64,000 bases of DNA, from positions 2,105-66,104 of the forward strand of contig DATAQC010000047.1 in assembly GCA_036264885.1 (NCBI GenBank). The letters are read 5' to 3'. The translations under genes and the position numbers were made by a program. Positions 33,295-41,760 of the stretch are shown here, in pieces (the stretch's first letter is position 1; every line of letters starts with the position of its first letter). The stretch comes from Acidimicrobiales bacterium. Its GTDB lineage: Bacteria; Actinomycetota; Acidimicrobiia; Acidimicrobiales; AC-14. Below the pieces are notes generated by a model. It worked only from the letters and a program-made list of their open reading frames with translations. It ran no database searches and was not told the origin of the DNA.

Positions 33295-33600
33295 ATGAAG
33301 TTCCTGGTCGTGTGGAAGATGGAGATCTCCCGGCTGTCGACGGACATGATGAAGACCGTCCTGCGGATGCCCGACTTCGCCAAGCCGCTGGAGGAGAGCG
33401 GCAAGGTGGTGGGGCGCTACCACATCGTCGGCTACCACGGCGGGGCGTGGATCTTCGACGTTGGGTCCAACGACGAGCTCGAGATGCTGCTGGCCCAGAT
33501 GCCGGTGTACAACCTCTCCCACTTCGACGTGTACCCGTTGGCCGACATGTCATCGTTGCCGGTGGTCCCCCCTGGTGAGGGGAGCGGCTCGGGCGGGTAG
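33295..33600 (+). CDS. Small alpha/beta protein, DUF3303 / muconolactone-isomerase-like
   Basis: The ATG is preceded by GAGGAGG at 33283-33289. The MKFLVVWKME... N-terminus is typical of this fold family, though my recognition is weak. Confidence 0.55.
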   Translation: MKFLVVWKMEISRLSTDMMKTVLRMPDFAKPLEESGKVVGRYHIVGYHGGAWIFDVGSNDELEMLLAQMPVYNLSHFDVYPLADMSSLPVVPPGEGSGSGG

Positions 33601-33652
33601 GCACAACCACGAGCAGACCCTTCGTCTGCCCGCGAGACGGGAGGACATACCC

Positions 33653-34510
33653 ATGGCTCTGCAGCTCGTCGAGGACCTGCTCGAGCGTCTCCACCAGGCC
33701 GAGGCGCTCGACCGGGTGGCCAAGCCCGTGTCGAGCTTCGTGGCTGAGGTCATCCCCCACGGCGTGGTCAAAGACGCCCTGTCGGGAACCTGGCTGGGTC
33801 ATCCCCTGCACCCCATGCTCACCGACGTGGCCATCGGCTCGTGGACCAGCGCCTTGGTGATCGACGCCCTCGGCCGGGACGGCAGCGAGGCGGCGGCCGA
33901 CACCCTGGTGGGCATCGGCGTTCTCAGCGCCCTGCCCACAGCCGCCGCCGGCCTGGCCGACTGGTCGGACCTGTTGGGATCCGAGCGCCGCGTGGGCCTG
34001 GTCCACGCCGGCGCCAACATCGTGGCCGTCAGCCTCTACGGGTGGTCGTGGCTGGTCCGGCGCAGGGGCCATCGCGGCCGCGGGGTGGCACTGAGCCTGC
34101 TGGGGGCCACTGTGGCCACCGTCGGCGGGTACCTGGGCGGCCACCTGTCCTACCGCCAGGGAGTCAACGTCGACCGCAACGCCTGGGAGGACGGACCCGG
34201 CGACTGGGTCGACACCGTCGACGCCGCCGACCTGGCCGAGGGCGCCCCCGCCGTCACCTCGGCCGGTGGCATCGACGTCATGCTCGTGCGCCGGGGCGAC
34301 ACCATCCTGGCCATCGCCGACGTGTGCGGTCATGCCGGAGGGCCGCTGCACGAAGGTGAGATCGACGGCGACTGCGTCACCTGCCCCTGGCACGCCAGCA
34401 CCTTCCGGCTGTCCGACGGCGCCGCGATCCACGGTCCTGCCACCGCTCCCCAACCCGCGTTCGACACCCAGGTGGCGGTCGGCCGCGTCCAGGTCCGGCG
34501 CCGAGCCTGA
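33653..34510 (+). CDS. DUF2231-like membrane domain fused to a Rieske [2Fe-2S] domain
   Basis: The N-terminal region has GHPLHPMLTDV plus 4 TM helices. The C-terminal Rieske ligands are CGHAGGPL and CPWHAS. The ATG start at 33653 has an upstream GGGAGGA. Confidence 0.75.
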   Translation: MALQLVEDLLERLHQAEALDRVAKPVSSFVAEVIPHGVVKDALSGTWLGHPLHPMLTDVAIGSWTSALVIDALGRDGSEAAADTLVGIGVLSALPTAAAGLADWSDLLGSERRVGLVHAGANIVAVSLYGWSWLVRRRGHRGRGVALSLLGATVATVGGYLGGHLSYRQGVNVDRNAWEDGPGDWVDTVDAADLAEGAPAVTSAGGIDVMLVRRGDTILAIADVCGHAGGPLHEGEIDGDCVTCPWHASTFRLSDGAAIHGPATAPQPAFDTQVAVGRVQVRRRA

Positions 34511-34530
34511 CGCCGACGGACCGGCTCGGA

Positions 34531-35193
34531 GTGTGGCTGCCCCGCCGCTTCGCCGACCGGGCCGAGGCGGGAAGGGCGCTGGCCGCCGCTCTGGGTCAGT
34601 GGGCCGGGCGGGACGACGTGGTGGTGCTCGGCCTTCCCAGAGGAGGCGTGCCCGTGGCTCGCGAGGTAGCGGTGACCCTCGGCGCGCCGCTCGATGTCTT
34701 CGTGGTGCGCAAGCTGGGGGTGCCCGGTCATCCTGAGCTGGCCATGGGCGCCATCGCCACCGGCGGGGTACGTGTGCTGAACACGGGAGTTGTCTCGTCG
34801 CTCGACATCTCCGCCGAGGCCATCGAGGAGGTGGTGGCCCGCGAGGCGGTCGAGCTCGACCGGCGCCAACGGCTGTACCGGGGTGACCGCCGGTTTCCCG
34901 ACCTCGCCACCAAGGTGGTGATGGTGGTCGACGACGGCCTGGCCACCGGCGCCACCATGCGCGCCGCGGTGCAGGCTGTGCGCTCCTTCGGGTCCGAGCA
35001 GGGTAGCGGGCCTGAGCGGGTGGTGGTGGCCGTGCCCGTCGGGGCGGCGTCGACTTGTCGCCAGTTGGCCGAGGTTGCCGACGAGGTGGTCTGCCTCCGG
35101 TCGCCGGTGCCCTTCGAGGCCGTCGGTCGTTGGTTCGTCGACTTCACGCCGCCCACCGACGCCGAGGTTCGTCGCCTGCTCGACCGCGGGTGA
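34531..35193 (+). CDS. Phosphoribosyltransferase-family protein
   Basis: Contains VVLGLPRGGVPVA and the PRPP-binding loop VVMVVDDGLATGATM. Confidence 0.8.
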   Translation: MWLPRRFADRAEAGRALAAALGQWAGRDDVVVLGLPRGGVPVAREVAVTLGAPLDVFVVRKLGVPGHPELAMGAIATGGVRVLNTGVVSSLDISAEAIEEVVAREAVELDRRQRLYRGDRRFPDLATKVVMVVDDGLATGATMRAAVQAVRSFGSEQGSGPERVVVAVPVGAASTCRQLAEVADEVVCLRSPVPFEAVGRWFVDFTPPTDAEVRRLLDRG

Positions 35194-35277
35194 GCCCTGC
35201 TCGACCGCGGGTGAAGGCACGGTCCGTCAGCCAGGAATGCCACGATGGCCCGAACGCCGAACCCGAGGAGGACGTCG

Positions 35278-36366
35278 ATGGCGCACGAGGTACAGGGAGT
35301 GGTGGCTCGCTCGGCCGGCGCCGCGGTCAGCCTGGAAACGGTGCTCGTACCCGATCCCGGTCCCGGCGAGGCGCTGGTGCGGGTGCAGGCGTGTGGCGTG
35401 TGTCACACCGATCTGCACTACCGCGAGGGAGCGATCAACGACGAGTTCCCCTTCCTTCTCGGCCACGAGGCGGCGGGGGTGGTCGACTCGGTCGGCGACG
35501 GCGTGAGCGGGGTGGCTCCCGGCGACTTCGTCGTCATCGCCTGGCGGGCCCCATGCGGCGTCTGCCGCTCGTGCCGCCGGGGTCGGCCCTGGTACTGCTT
35601 CGGCAGCCGCAACGCGTCGCAGAGGATGACGCTGGTCGACGGCACCCCCCTGAGCCCGGCGTTGGGCATCGGCGCCTTTGCCGAGCTCTCCCTGGTGGCG
35701 GCCGGTCAGGCGGTGAAGGTGCCGCCGGCCAGGCCCGAGGCGGCCGGCCTCGTCGGTTGCGGGATCATGGCCGGTATCGGCGCCGCCCTGCACACCGGGG
35801 CGGTCCAACGGGGCGACACCGTCGCCGTGTTCGGATGCGGCGGCGTGGGCAACGCCGCCATCGCCGCGTCCGCCCTGGCTGGGGCCCGCCAGGTCGTCGC
35901 CGTCGACATCGACGACCGCAAGCTGGCCGCGGCCCGCCAGTTCGGGGCCACCGACACGGTGAACTCGACCCAGGGTGACCCGGTGGAGGCGGTCAGGGAG
36001 CTCACCGGGGGCTTCGGTGTGGACGTCGCCATCGAGGCGGTGGGGCTACCCCAGACCATGCTCCAGGCCTTCTATGCCCGTGACCTGGCGGGGACGCTCG
36101 TGCAGGTCGGCGTCCCCTCGCCGACCATGACCGTCGAGCTGCCCATGCTCGAGTTCTTCGGGCGGGGCGGGGCGTTGAAGCCCTCGTGGTACGGCGACTG
36201 CCTGCCCAGTCGCGACTTCCCCATGTTGATCGACGCCTACCTGGCCGGGCGCCTCGACCTCGACCGCTTCGTGTCCGAGACCATCGCCGTCGACCAGGTG
36301 GAGGAGGCCTTCGGCCGGATGCAACGGGGCGAGGTACTGCGCTCCGTCGTGGTGTTCGATTCTTGA
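35278..36366 (+). CDS. Zn-dependent class III alcohol dehydrogenase, likely S-(hydroxymethyl)mycothiol dehydrogenase
   Basis: Contains [16 protein letters not shown] and structural-Zn cysteines [15 protein letters not shown]. The mycothiol assignment is inferred from mshA in the window and family resemblance. I took the start at MAHEVQG; the track ATG at 35245 is possible. Confidence 0.75.
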   Translation: MAHEVQGVVARSAGAAVSLETVLVPDPGPGEALVRVQACGVCHTDLHYREGAINDEFPFLLGHEAAGVVDSVGDGVSGVAPGDFVVIAWRAPCGVCRSCRRGRPWYCFGSRNASQRMTLVDGTPLSPALGIGAFAELSLVAAGQAVKVPPARPEAAGLVGCGIMAGIGAALHTGAVQRGDTVAVFGCGGVGNAAIAASALAGARQVVAVDIDDRKLAAARQFGATDTVNSTQGDPVEAVRELTGGFGVDVAIEAVGLPQTMLQAFYARDLAGTLVQVGVPSPTMTVELPMLEFFGRGGALKPSWYGDCLPSRDFPMLIDAYLAGRLDLDRFVSETIAVDQVEEAFGRMQRGEVLRSVVVFDS

Positions 36367-36368
36367 CC

Positions 36369-37736
36369 ATGGGCGTCGAGCGTCACGACGTGATCGTGGT
36401 GGGAGCCCGCTGCGCGGGCGCGCCGCTGGCCGCCCAGTTGGCCCGGGCCGGGTTGTCGGTGGCTCTGGTCGACCGCGCCAGCTTCCCGAGCGACACCGCC
36501 TCGACGCACATCTTCCAGGCCGGGGGCATCGCCGTGCTCGGTCGCCTCGGGCTCACCGAACGGCTGGTGGCCACCGGTGCACCGTGGCTGGAGGTCGCCG
36601 ACTTCCACCTGGGTGATTTCTCGGCTCGGGAGCCGTGGCCGACCGAGCCCTCCGATCCGGGACCGGCCTTGTGCATACGGCGCCACGTGCTCGACGCCAT
36701 TCTGGTCGACGCCGCCACCGAGGCCGGCGCCGCCGTGCACACGTCGACACGTGTCACCGCCCTCATCCGAGAGAGCGGTCGGATGGCGGGTGTGGTGGCC
36801 GATGGCGACGGCGGCGAGCGCCGCCTCCTGGCCCCCCTGGTCGTCGGTGCCGACGGGCGGTCGTCGAAGGTGGCCCGCCTGGTGGGCGCCCGTACCTACA
36901 ACGTGGCGCCCAACGAGCGCTTCGGGTTCTGGGCCTACTACGAGGGGGCGACGTGGGAGGGACCGGCGGCGATCCTGCTCGTGCGCGACGAGCGCTTCGT
37001 GATCGCCTGTCCCACCGACGCCGGCCTCTACATGGTGGCCGTCCTGGCCCCGCTGTCCGAGCTGGACTCGTTCACCGTCGACGTGGAGGCCTCCTACGAC
37101 GACTACGTGGCCCGGTGCCCGCAGCTGACCGACATCCTCGCCGGTGCCCGCCGGGTGGGCAGGCCCCGCGGCATCTCGTCGTTCACCGGCTTCTTCCGCG
37201 AGTCGGCCGGCCCGGGCTGGGTCCTCGTCGGCGACGCCGGTCACTTCAAGGACCCGGCGCCGGGCCAGGGCATCTCCGACGCCCTGCGCCAGGGCGAGGC
37301 CCTGGCCACCGCCATCGTCGGCGCCGGTGGCGTGGCCACCGCAACCGACGCCGCTCTGGCCCGGTGGTGGCGCTGGCGGGACGGCGATGCCGCGGGGATG
37401 CACTGGTTCGCCCACGACCTGGGCGCGGCGGGGCCCGTCCCGATCGTCTTCGGCGGGATCGTGCGCGGCCTGGCCGCCGAGCCTGACGGCCTGCGCCGGG
37501 CCATCGACGTGTTCAACCACCGGGTGGAGCCCAAGGAGCTGCTCACGCCCCGTCGGTTGGCCGTGGCCGCGGTGAAGGCCGTCGCCTCGCGCCGCCATCC
37601 GCCCGCCGCCGTGCTGGCCGAGGTACGGGAGGTGGCCGGCCGCGAGGTGCGGCGCAGGTGGCACGACCGCCACCCGCTCTACGTCACCACCACGCCGGTG
37701 CCCGTCGCCGACCCCGCTACCGCGGCCGGCGGGTGA
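36369..37736 (+). CDS. FAD-dependent oxidoreductase (geranylgeranyl-reductase / monooxygenase-like)
   Basis: Rossmann motif DVIVVGARCAGAPLA and a GD motif VGDAGHFKDP. The ATG lies 2 nt after the ADH stop. I trimmed it from track ORF 36186..37736. Confidence 0.75.
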   Translation: MGVERHDVIVVGARCAGAPLAAQLARAGLSVALVDRASFPSDTASTHIFQAGGIAVLGRLGLTERLVATGAPWLEVADFHLGDFSAREPWPTEPSDPGPALCIRRHVLDAILVDAATEAGAAVHTSTRVTALIRESGRMAGVVADGDGGERRLLAPLVVGADGRSSKVARLVGARTYNVAPNERFGFWAYYEGATWEGPAAILLVRDERFVIACPTDAGLYMVAVLAPLSELDSFTVDVEASYDDYVARCPQLTDILAGARRVGRPRGISSFTGFFRESAGPGWVLVGDAGHFKDPAPGQGISDALRQGEALATAIVGAGGVATATDAALARWWRWRDGDAAGMHWFAHDLGAAGPVPIVFGGIVRGLAAEPDGLRRAIDVFNHRVEPKELLTPRRLAVAAVKAVASRRHPPAAVLAEVREVAGREVRRRWHDRHPLYVTTTPVPVADPATAAGG

Positions 37737-39480
37737 GCCCGCGGGGGTCGATCTCGACGGGCTTCTCGATCAGATGCGCCTCCGGGTCCGGACCGGCGGG
37801 CTCGAACCAAGGAGCGCCAGGGGCGGCGTCGGGACTCAACGTCCATTTGCGGCCCACCCGGTCGATGCCCACCGGGTAGAGCGTGAGGCCGCCGTCAGCG
37901 TCGAAGTGCAGGCGCAGGAAGTGCTTCTGGTCCATGTGATGCAGCGGTGCGTAGGCCTCGTTGCCGTGGAAGCCGAAACAGTTGGTGGCCCAGAAGTACC
38001 CCGACATGCCGAAAGTGCCGCCGATGCCGCCCAGCACGGCGACCAGAGCGAGGAAGACCACCATCGACGTCGTCCCTCGGGACCCCACCAGCTCGGATGT
38101 CAACCACGACGAGGCGATCATCACCGCCCCGACGCTCGCCAGTTGCAGCCCGGCGTGAACCAGCCCGAGCACCACCTTCGGCACACCTTTGGCGTCGTGG
38201 GCGAACCGCACCATCCCGGCCAGGAGCACGATCATGAACAGGATCAGCACGAATGCAGTTGGGCTCTCCCACACCGCCCGGGTCAGCTCGACCGGGTCGA
38301 GTGACGCATAGCGGTTGTGGAGCTGCAGGCCCATCATGAACGCCAGCAGCACCTGGACGGTGCCGAAGGCGGCGGCCAGGGGGAGGTTGTAAAAGGGGAG
38401 CAGCCACACCCGCTTCCTCAGCTTCCTCGAGACCTCGGGCGAGGGGTAGACGCCCACCCTGCGGTACGGCCCGTCACCTTCGCGGCCGGGGATGACGAGC
38501 TCCTCGGGCAGTCGGTGGGTGGGGTGCAAGAAGGCCCCGCCCCCGCCCGAGGTGATGTGCTGGCGGCGACCGTCCTCCTCGACGTTGCGGCAGTAGTGGT
38601 GACGTCCGCTCTTGAGGTGCAGGACGACCCGGGCGCCGGCCGGTTCGATGATCTCGTGCTCGAGGTACTCCAGGTTGCGGTCGGAGAAGATCTCGTCGGT
38701 GCTGCGGCCGCTCTGGACCTCCTTGGCCGTGCACACGATGATGCGGTCGCCCTCGGCGATCTGGTCGGCGGCGACAGTGGAGAAGTACTCGAGTTGGGCA
38801 TCGTCGAGGTGGGCCCCGAACTGCACATCGATGCCCCAGAGCCACCAGCCGCTGGGCAGCTTGAGGGCGAAGTAGCTGCGGTGCTGGCGGGTCTTCCACC
38901 CGCCGATCCAGCGGCCGTGGCAGAAGATGCTGGTGAAGTTGACCAGCCCGTCGTACCAGTCGTGGCTGCCGGGGATGGCGAACAGCTCGGGCCCGTCCTC
39001 GGTGGCGCACGGCAGGGCCGAGCGGTAAGGGCCGAGCATGCGGTTCTCGTACTCGGCCCGCTTGGGCACGGGGTACACCTGATCGCCGCCCATGACCAGG
39101 ATCCGACCCCGCTCGGTGAGGTGCGTCTCACCCTCCCACCCGAGTTCGAGGCCCTCGGCGGCCAGGAGCCTGGCCACGGTGTAGGTCGAGTTCCACCCGT
39201 CGCCCAGATCGGCCACGTAGTCGAGCCACAGGCCCGACGGTCCCGGCTCGGAGCGGTCGGTGACCTCGCTCGGCGTCAGCGCCTGTAGCTCCCGGTTGTC
39301 GGCATAGGAGCTGAAGATCCCCGACAACAGGACACGCGCCGCGGTGTCGGCCAGCTGGTGGGGGTCGAGCCAGCGCACCATCGGCCGGCGCACGAAGCCC
39401 AGGGCCGACTCTTCGGTCGACGACGGGCGACCAGGGCAGGGCGGGAGGGCGGAGGAACGCCCCGCGGCTGACTCGGCCAT
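37717..39480 (-). CDS. Metallophosphoesterase with C-terminal polytopic membrane domain
   Basis: Contains DLGDGWNS, GGDQVYP and IPGSHDWYDG motifs, followed by about 5 TM helices. I set the start at ATG 39480 because the upstream part of the track ORF is AT-rich with poor GC3. Confidence 0.7.
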   Translation of the reverse strand: MAESAAGRSSALPPCPGRPSSTEESALGFVRRPMVRWLDPHQLADTAARVLLSGIFSSYADNRELQALTPSEVTDRSEPGPSGLWLDYVADLGDGWNSTYTVARLLAAEGLELGWEGETHLTERGRILVMGGDQVYPVPKRAEYENRMLGPYRSALPCATEDGPELFAIPGSHDWYDGLVNFTSIFCHGRWIGGWKTRQHRSYFALKLPSGWWLWGIDVQFGAHLDDAQLEYFSTVAADQIAEGDRIIVCTAKEVQSGRSTDEIFSDRNLEYLEHEIIEPAGARVVLHLKSGRHHYCRNVEEDGRRQHITSGGGGAFLHPTHRLPEELVIPGREGDGPYRRVGVYPSPEVSRKLRKRVWLLPFYNLPLAAAFGTVQVLLAFMMGLQLHNRYASLDPVELTRAVWESPTAFVLILFMIVLLAGMVRFAHDAKGVPKVVLGLVHAGLQLASVGAVMIASSWLTSELVGSRGTTSMVVFLALVAVLGGIGGTFGMSGYFWATNCFGFHGNEAYAPLHHMDQKHFLRLHFDADGGLTLYPVGIDRVGRKWTLSPDAAPGAPWFEPAGPDPEAHLIEKPVEIDPRGLTRRPR

Positions 39481-39521
39481 CTGCGCCCATTCTTGCAGTG
39501 GGCCGTCCACCCCTTTCCTCA

Positions 39522-39611
39522 GGGTCCAGAAGATAACTACCTGCGCATCGTGTAAGCCACCTACCAGCGGATTCACATCATCGGATGCCCAGGTAGTTAT
39601 CTTTCTGACCC
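39522..39611. repeat. 90-bp AT-rich inverted-repeat element (22-nt arms, 46-nt centre)
   Basis: Left arm GGGTCCAGAAGATAACTACCTG at 39522-39543. Right arm CAGGTAGTTATCTTTCTGACCC at 39590-39611. 19 of 22 positions are complementary, including a 14-nt perfect core. It abuts the DUF72 stop codon. Confidence 0.75.
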
Positions 39612-40367
39612 TCACCGGCGACGGAGGCGATCAGCCAGCCAGCGGGCGTCGTGCACGGCGTAGCCGGAGTCGTCGTTGTTGAAATAGGCGTAGACGTCGC
39701 AACCCTCGTCCAGCCAGTGGCTGAGGCGGTCCGCCATCCAGAACAAGCCTTCCTCGCCATAGCGGCCCTGGTACGCGTGCTCGGTGGCGTTGGGCCCGTG
39801 GAACCGGACGTAGGTCCAGTCCGTGGTCCGCTCCCAGGGGTGGCCGGCGAGGAGGTCGTGGACGCACAGGGCGGCGCCGTGGCGATGCAGCACCTCGTAC
39901 ACCTCCTCGTGCAACCACGACGGCTCGCGCAGCTCCACCGCCCAGCGCGTCGTGCGGGGAGCTGCCGACAGGAACTCGTCGAGGCGCTCGGCGTTGCGCC
40001 GCCAGCGCGGCGGCAGCTGCACCAGCGTCGGGCCCGCGGTGGCGCCCAACCGGGCTACGCGGTCCATGTGGTTTCCGAGCCACGATTGCGCGTCGCGCAG
40101 CTTCATGCGGTGCGATCCGAAGGCTCCGAGCTTGAGGGCGTAGATGAACCCGGGGGGCGCCTGGGCCGCCCATCCCTCCACGGCCGACTCCGTCGGCAAC
40201 CGGTAGAACGTGTTGTTGATCTCCACCGTGTCGAGCAGGGTGGCATAGTGCTCGAACCACAGGCGTTGCGGGAGCTTCTCGGGGTACACCGGCCCCCGCC
40301 AGTGCTTGTACATCCACCCAGAGCACCCGACGCGGGCGGTCCCCGTCGACGGCTGATCGCTGGTCAT
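39612..40367 (-). CDS. DUF72-family protein
   Basis: Contains GCSGW.Y..W.G.VYP, a YA..L.TVEINNTFYRLP pattern and FN.D motifs. I took the start at the internal ATG (MTSDQPS). Confidence 0.8.
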   Translation of the reverse strand: MTSDQPSTGTARVGCSGWMYKHWRGPVYPEKLPQRLWFEHYATLLDTVEINNTFYRLPTESAVEGWAAQAPPGFIYALKLGAFGSHRMKLRDAQSWLGNHMDRVARLGATAGPTLVQLPPRWRRNAERLDEFLSAAPRTTRWAVELREPSWLHEEVYEVLHRHGAALCVHDLLAGHPWERTTDWTYVRFHGPNATEHAYQGRYGEEGLFWMADRLSHWLDEGCDVYAYFNNDDSGYAVHDARWLADRLRRR

Positions 40368-40411
40368 CGTGGTTGACACTACGCAGGCGTCGGGCGGATC
40401 CTGGGTAGACG

Positions 40412-41725
40412 GTGCCGACAAACGAAGCCACACCTGAGAACCGCGCCGCTCTGGCTGCCGTGACCGGCGTCCGCGACCTGGTGGTCGAGCGGCACCTGGT
40501 GCGGGCCGCCTTCGACCACCTCACCGCCGACGCCTTCATGGCGCTGCCGTTCGAGGCGTTGGGCCCGACCAAGCAGTTGCTGAAGCGGTACTTCTCGTCC
40601 CAGCCGTGGACGGCGGCTGACGACGCTGCCCTGGCCGAGGTGGTGGGACCGGGCGAGGGCTGGTGGCGACATGACCTCGACGCCGACGTGACCCTCGAGT
40701 ACGGCTGGGTCGACGGCCGCTTCCGTGTCGGCCTGGTCGCCCCCGGGGCCGAGACCGGCGCGACCAGCGTGACCGGGGTGACCGGGCCCGCGGGCCCCGT
40801 CGTCGGTGACGCCGCTGGTGCCGGTACCGGCGAGGGGCTGGAGGGCAGCTTCGACGGTCCGGTGGTGCCCGAGGCCACCCCCAACCCCCGCACCATCAGG
40901 TTCCAGGTGGGCCCGATCCACGACGGGCCCAGCCGGTGGTACGTGGCCCCGAGCGACGCGAGGCGCAGCGGAGGCCAGACCGGGGACGAGCCCTCCGGCG
41001 CCGCCCCCGACGACCCCGGCGTCGACCGCCTCTTCGCCGAGGTGGCCGAGGTCGCCAACGTCTTGGTCGGCCCCGAGTTCGTGGCCGTGGGGCTGCGCCG
41101 GGCCGGCGACTGGGAGCGGCTGCTCCGGCCGGTGCTGGCCATCGTGACCGACGAGTTCGCTCCTTTCGAGCGGGTGACCCCGGGCGCCGGCGCCGGCGAA
41201 TCGAGGGCCATGGGGGGTCCTGCGGGCGCCGGCTCGGTCGGCGGAACGGGTGGAGATGTTGCGCCCGGACGCACGGGCGGTGGCGGGACCGATCACCGGG
41301 TCAGCCGGCTGGAACAGGCATGGCACGATCTGGGATCGTTGCGGCCCACCGTGGTCGGCGATCTGGCTCGGGTCCGGGCGGCGGCCGGAGACGGCGACCC
41401 GTCCCGCCGCCAGGTGGCGGCCAACCTGCTGCGCGAGGCCGATCCCGACACGGCCGCCGCCGAGTGGAGCCGGTTGGTCGGCGACCCGGTGCGCTCCGTG
41501 CGGCGGGCAGCCGTCGATGCCATGGTCGACGTGGATCGTGAGGGGCTGCGGCCCCTGCTGGAACGAGCGCTGGCCGACGCCGACCCGTGGGTCCGCTGGA
41601 AGGCCTTGCGCGGCCTGGCCCAGCTCGGCGCCGCCCCCAGTCGCCACCTCGTCGCCGTCCGGGCCGATGATCCCGACTTCCGGGTACGGCTGGAGGCGGC
41701 GTCGATCCTGCGCGCCATCGCCTAG
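40412..41725 (+). CDS. Nfu_N-like domain plus C-terminal HEAT-repeat protein
   Basis: The central TPNPRTIRFQV segment resembles the Nfu/NifU N-terminal scaffold domain. The C-terminus has repeated DP.VR..A...L HEAT-like units. Confidence 0.55.
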   Translation: MPTNEATPENRAALAAVTGVRDLVVERHLVRAAFDHLTADAFMALPFEALGPTKQLLKRYFSSQPWTAADDAALAEVVGPGEGWWRHDLDADVTLEYGWVDGRFRVGLVAPGAETGATSVTGVTGPAGPVVGDAAGAGTGEGLEGSFDGPVVPEATPNPRTIRFQVGPIHDGPSRWYVAPSDARRSGGQTGDEPSGAAPDDPGVDRLFAEVAEVANVLVGPEFVAVGLRRAGDWERLLRPVLAIVTDEFAPFERVTPGAGAGESRAMGGPAGAGSVGGTGGDVAPGRTGGGGTDHRVSRLEQAWHDLGSLRPTVVGDLARVRAAAGDGDPSRRQVAANLLREADPDTAAAEWSRLVGDPVRSVRRAAVDAMVDVDREGLRPLLERALADADPWVRWKALRGLAQLGAAPSRHLVAVRADDPDFRVRLEAASILRAIA

Positions 41726-41760
41726 CGCGGGGGATCCCCGACCCGATCCGCGGGCGGGGA

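Noticed and set aside
39481-39615. N-terminal 45 codons of the 632-aa track ORF for the metallophosphoesterase
   Set aside because: The region is AT-rich with poor third-position GC and is occupied by a 90-bp inverted repeat. ATG at 39480 is a better start.
41726-41760. GGGGATCCCC palindrome between convergent genes as a terminator
   Set aside because: It is a short self-complementary 10-mer with no loop and no flanking tract, and is likely a chance occurrence in GC-rich DNA.
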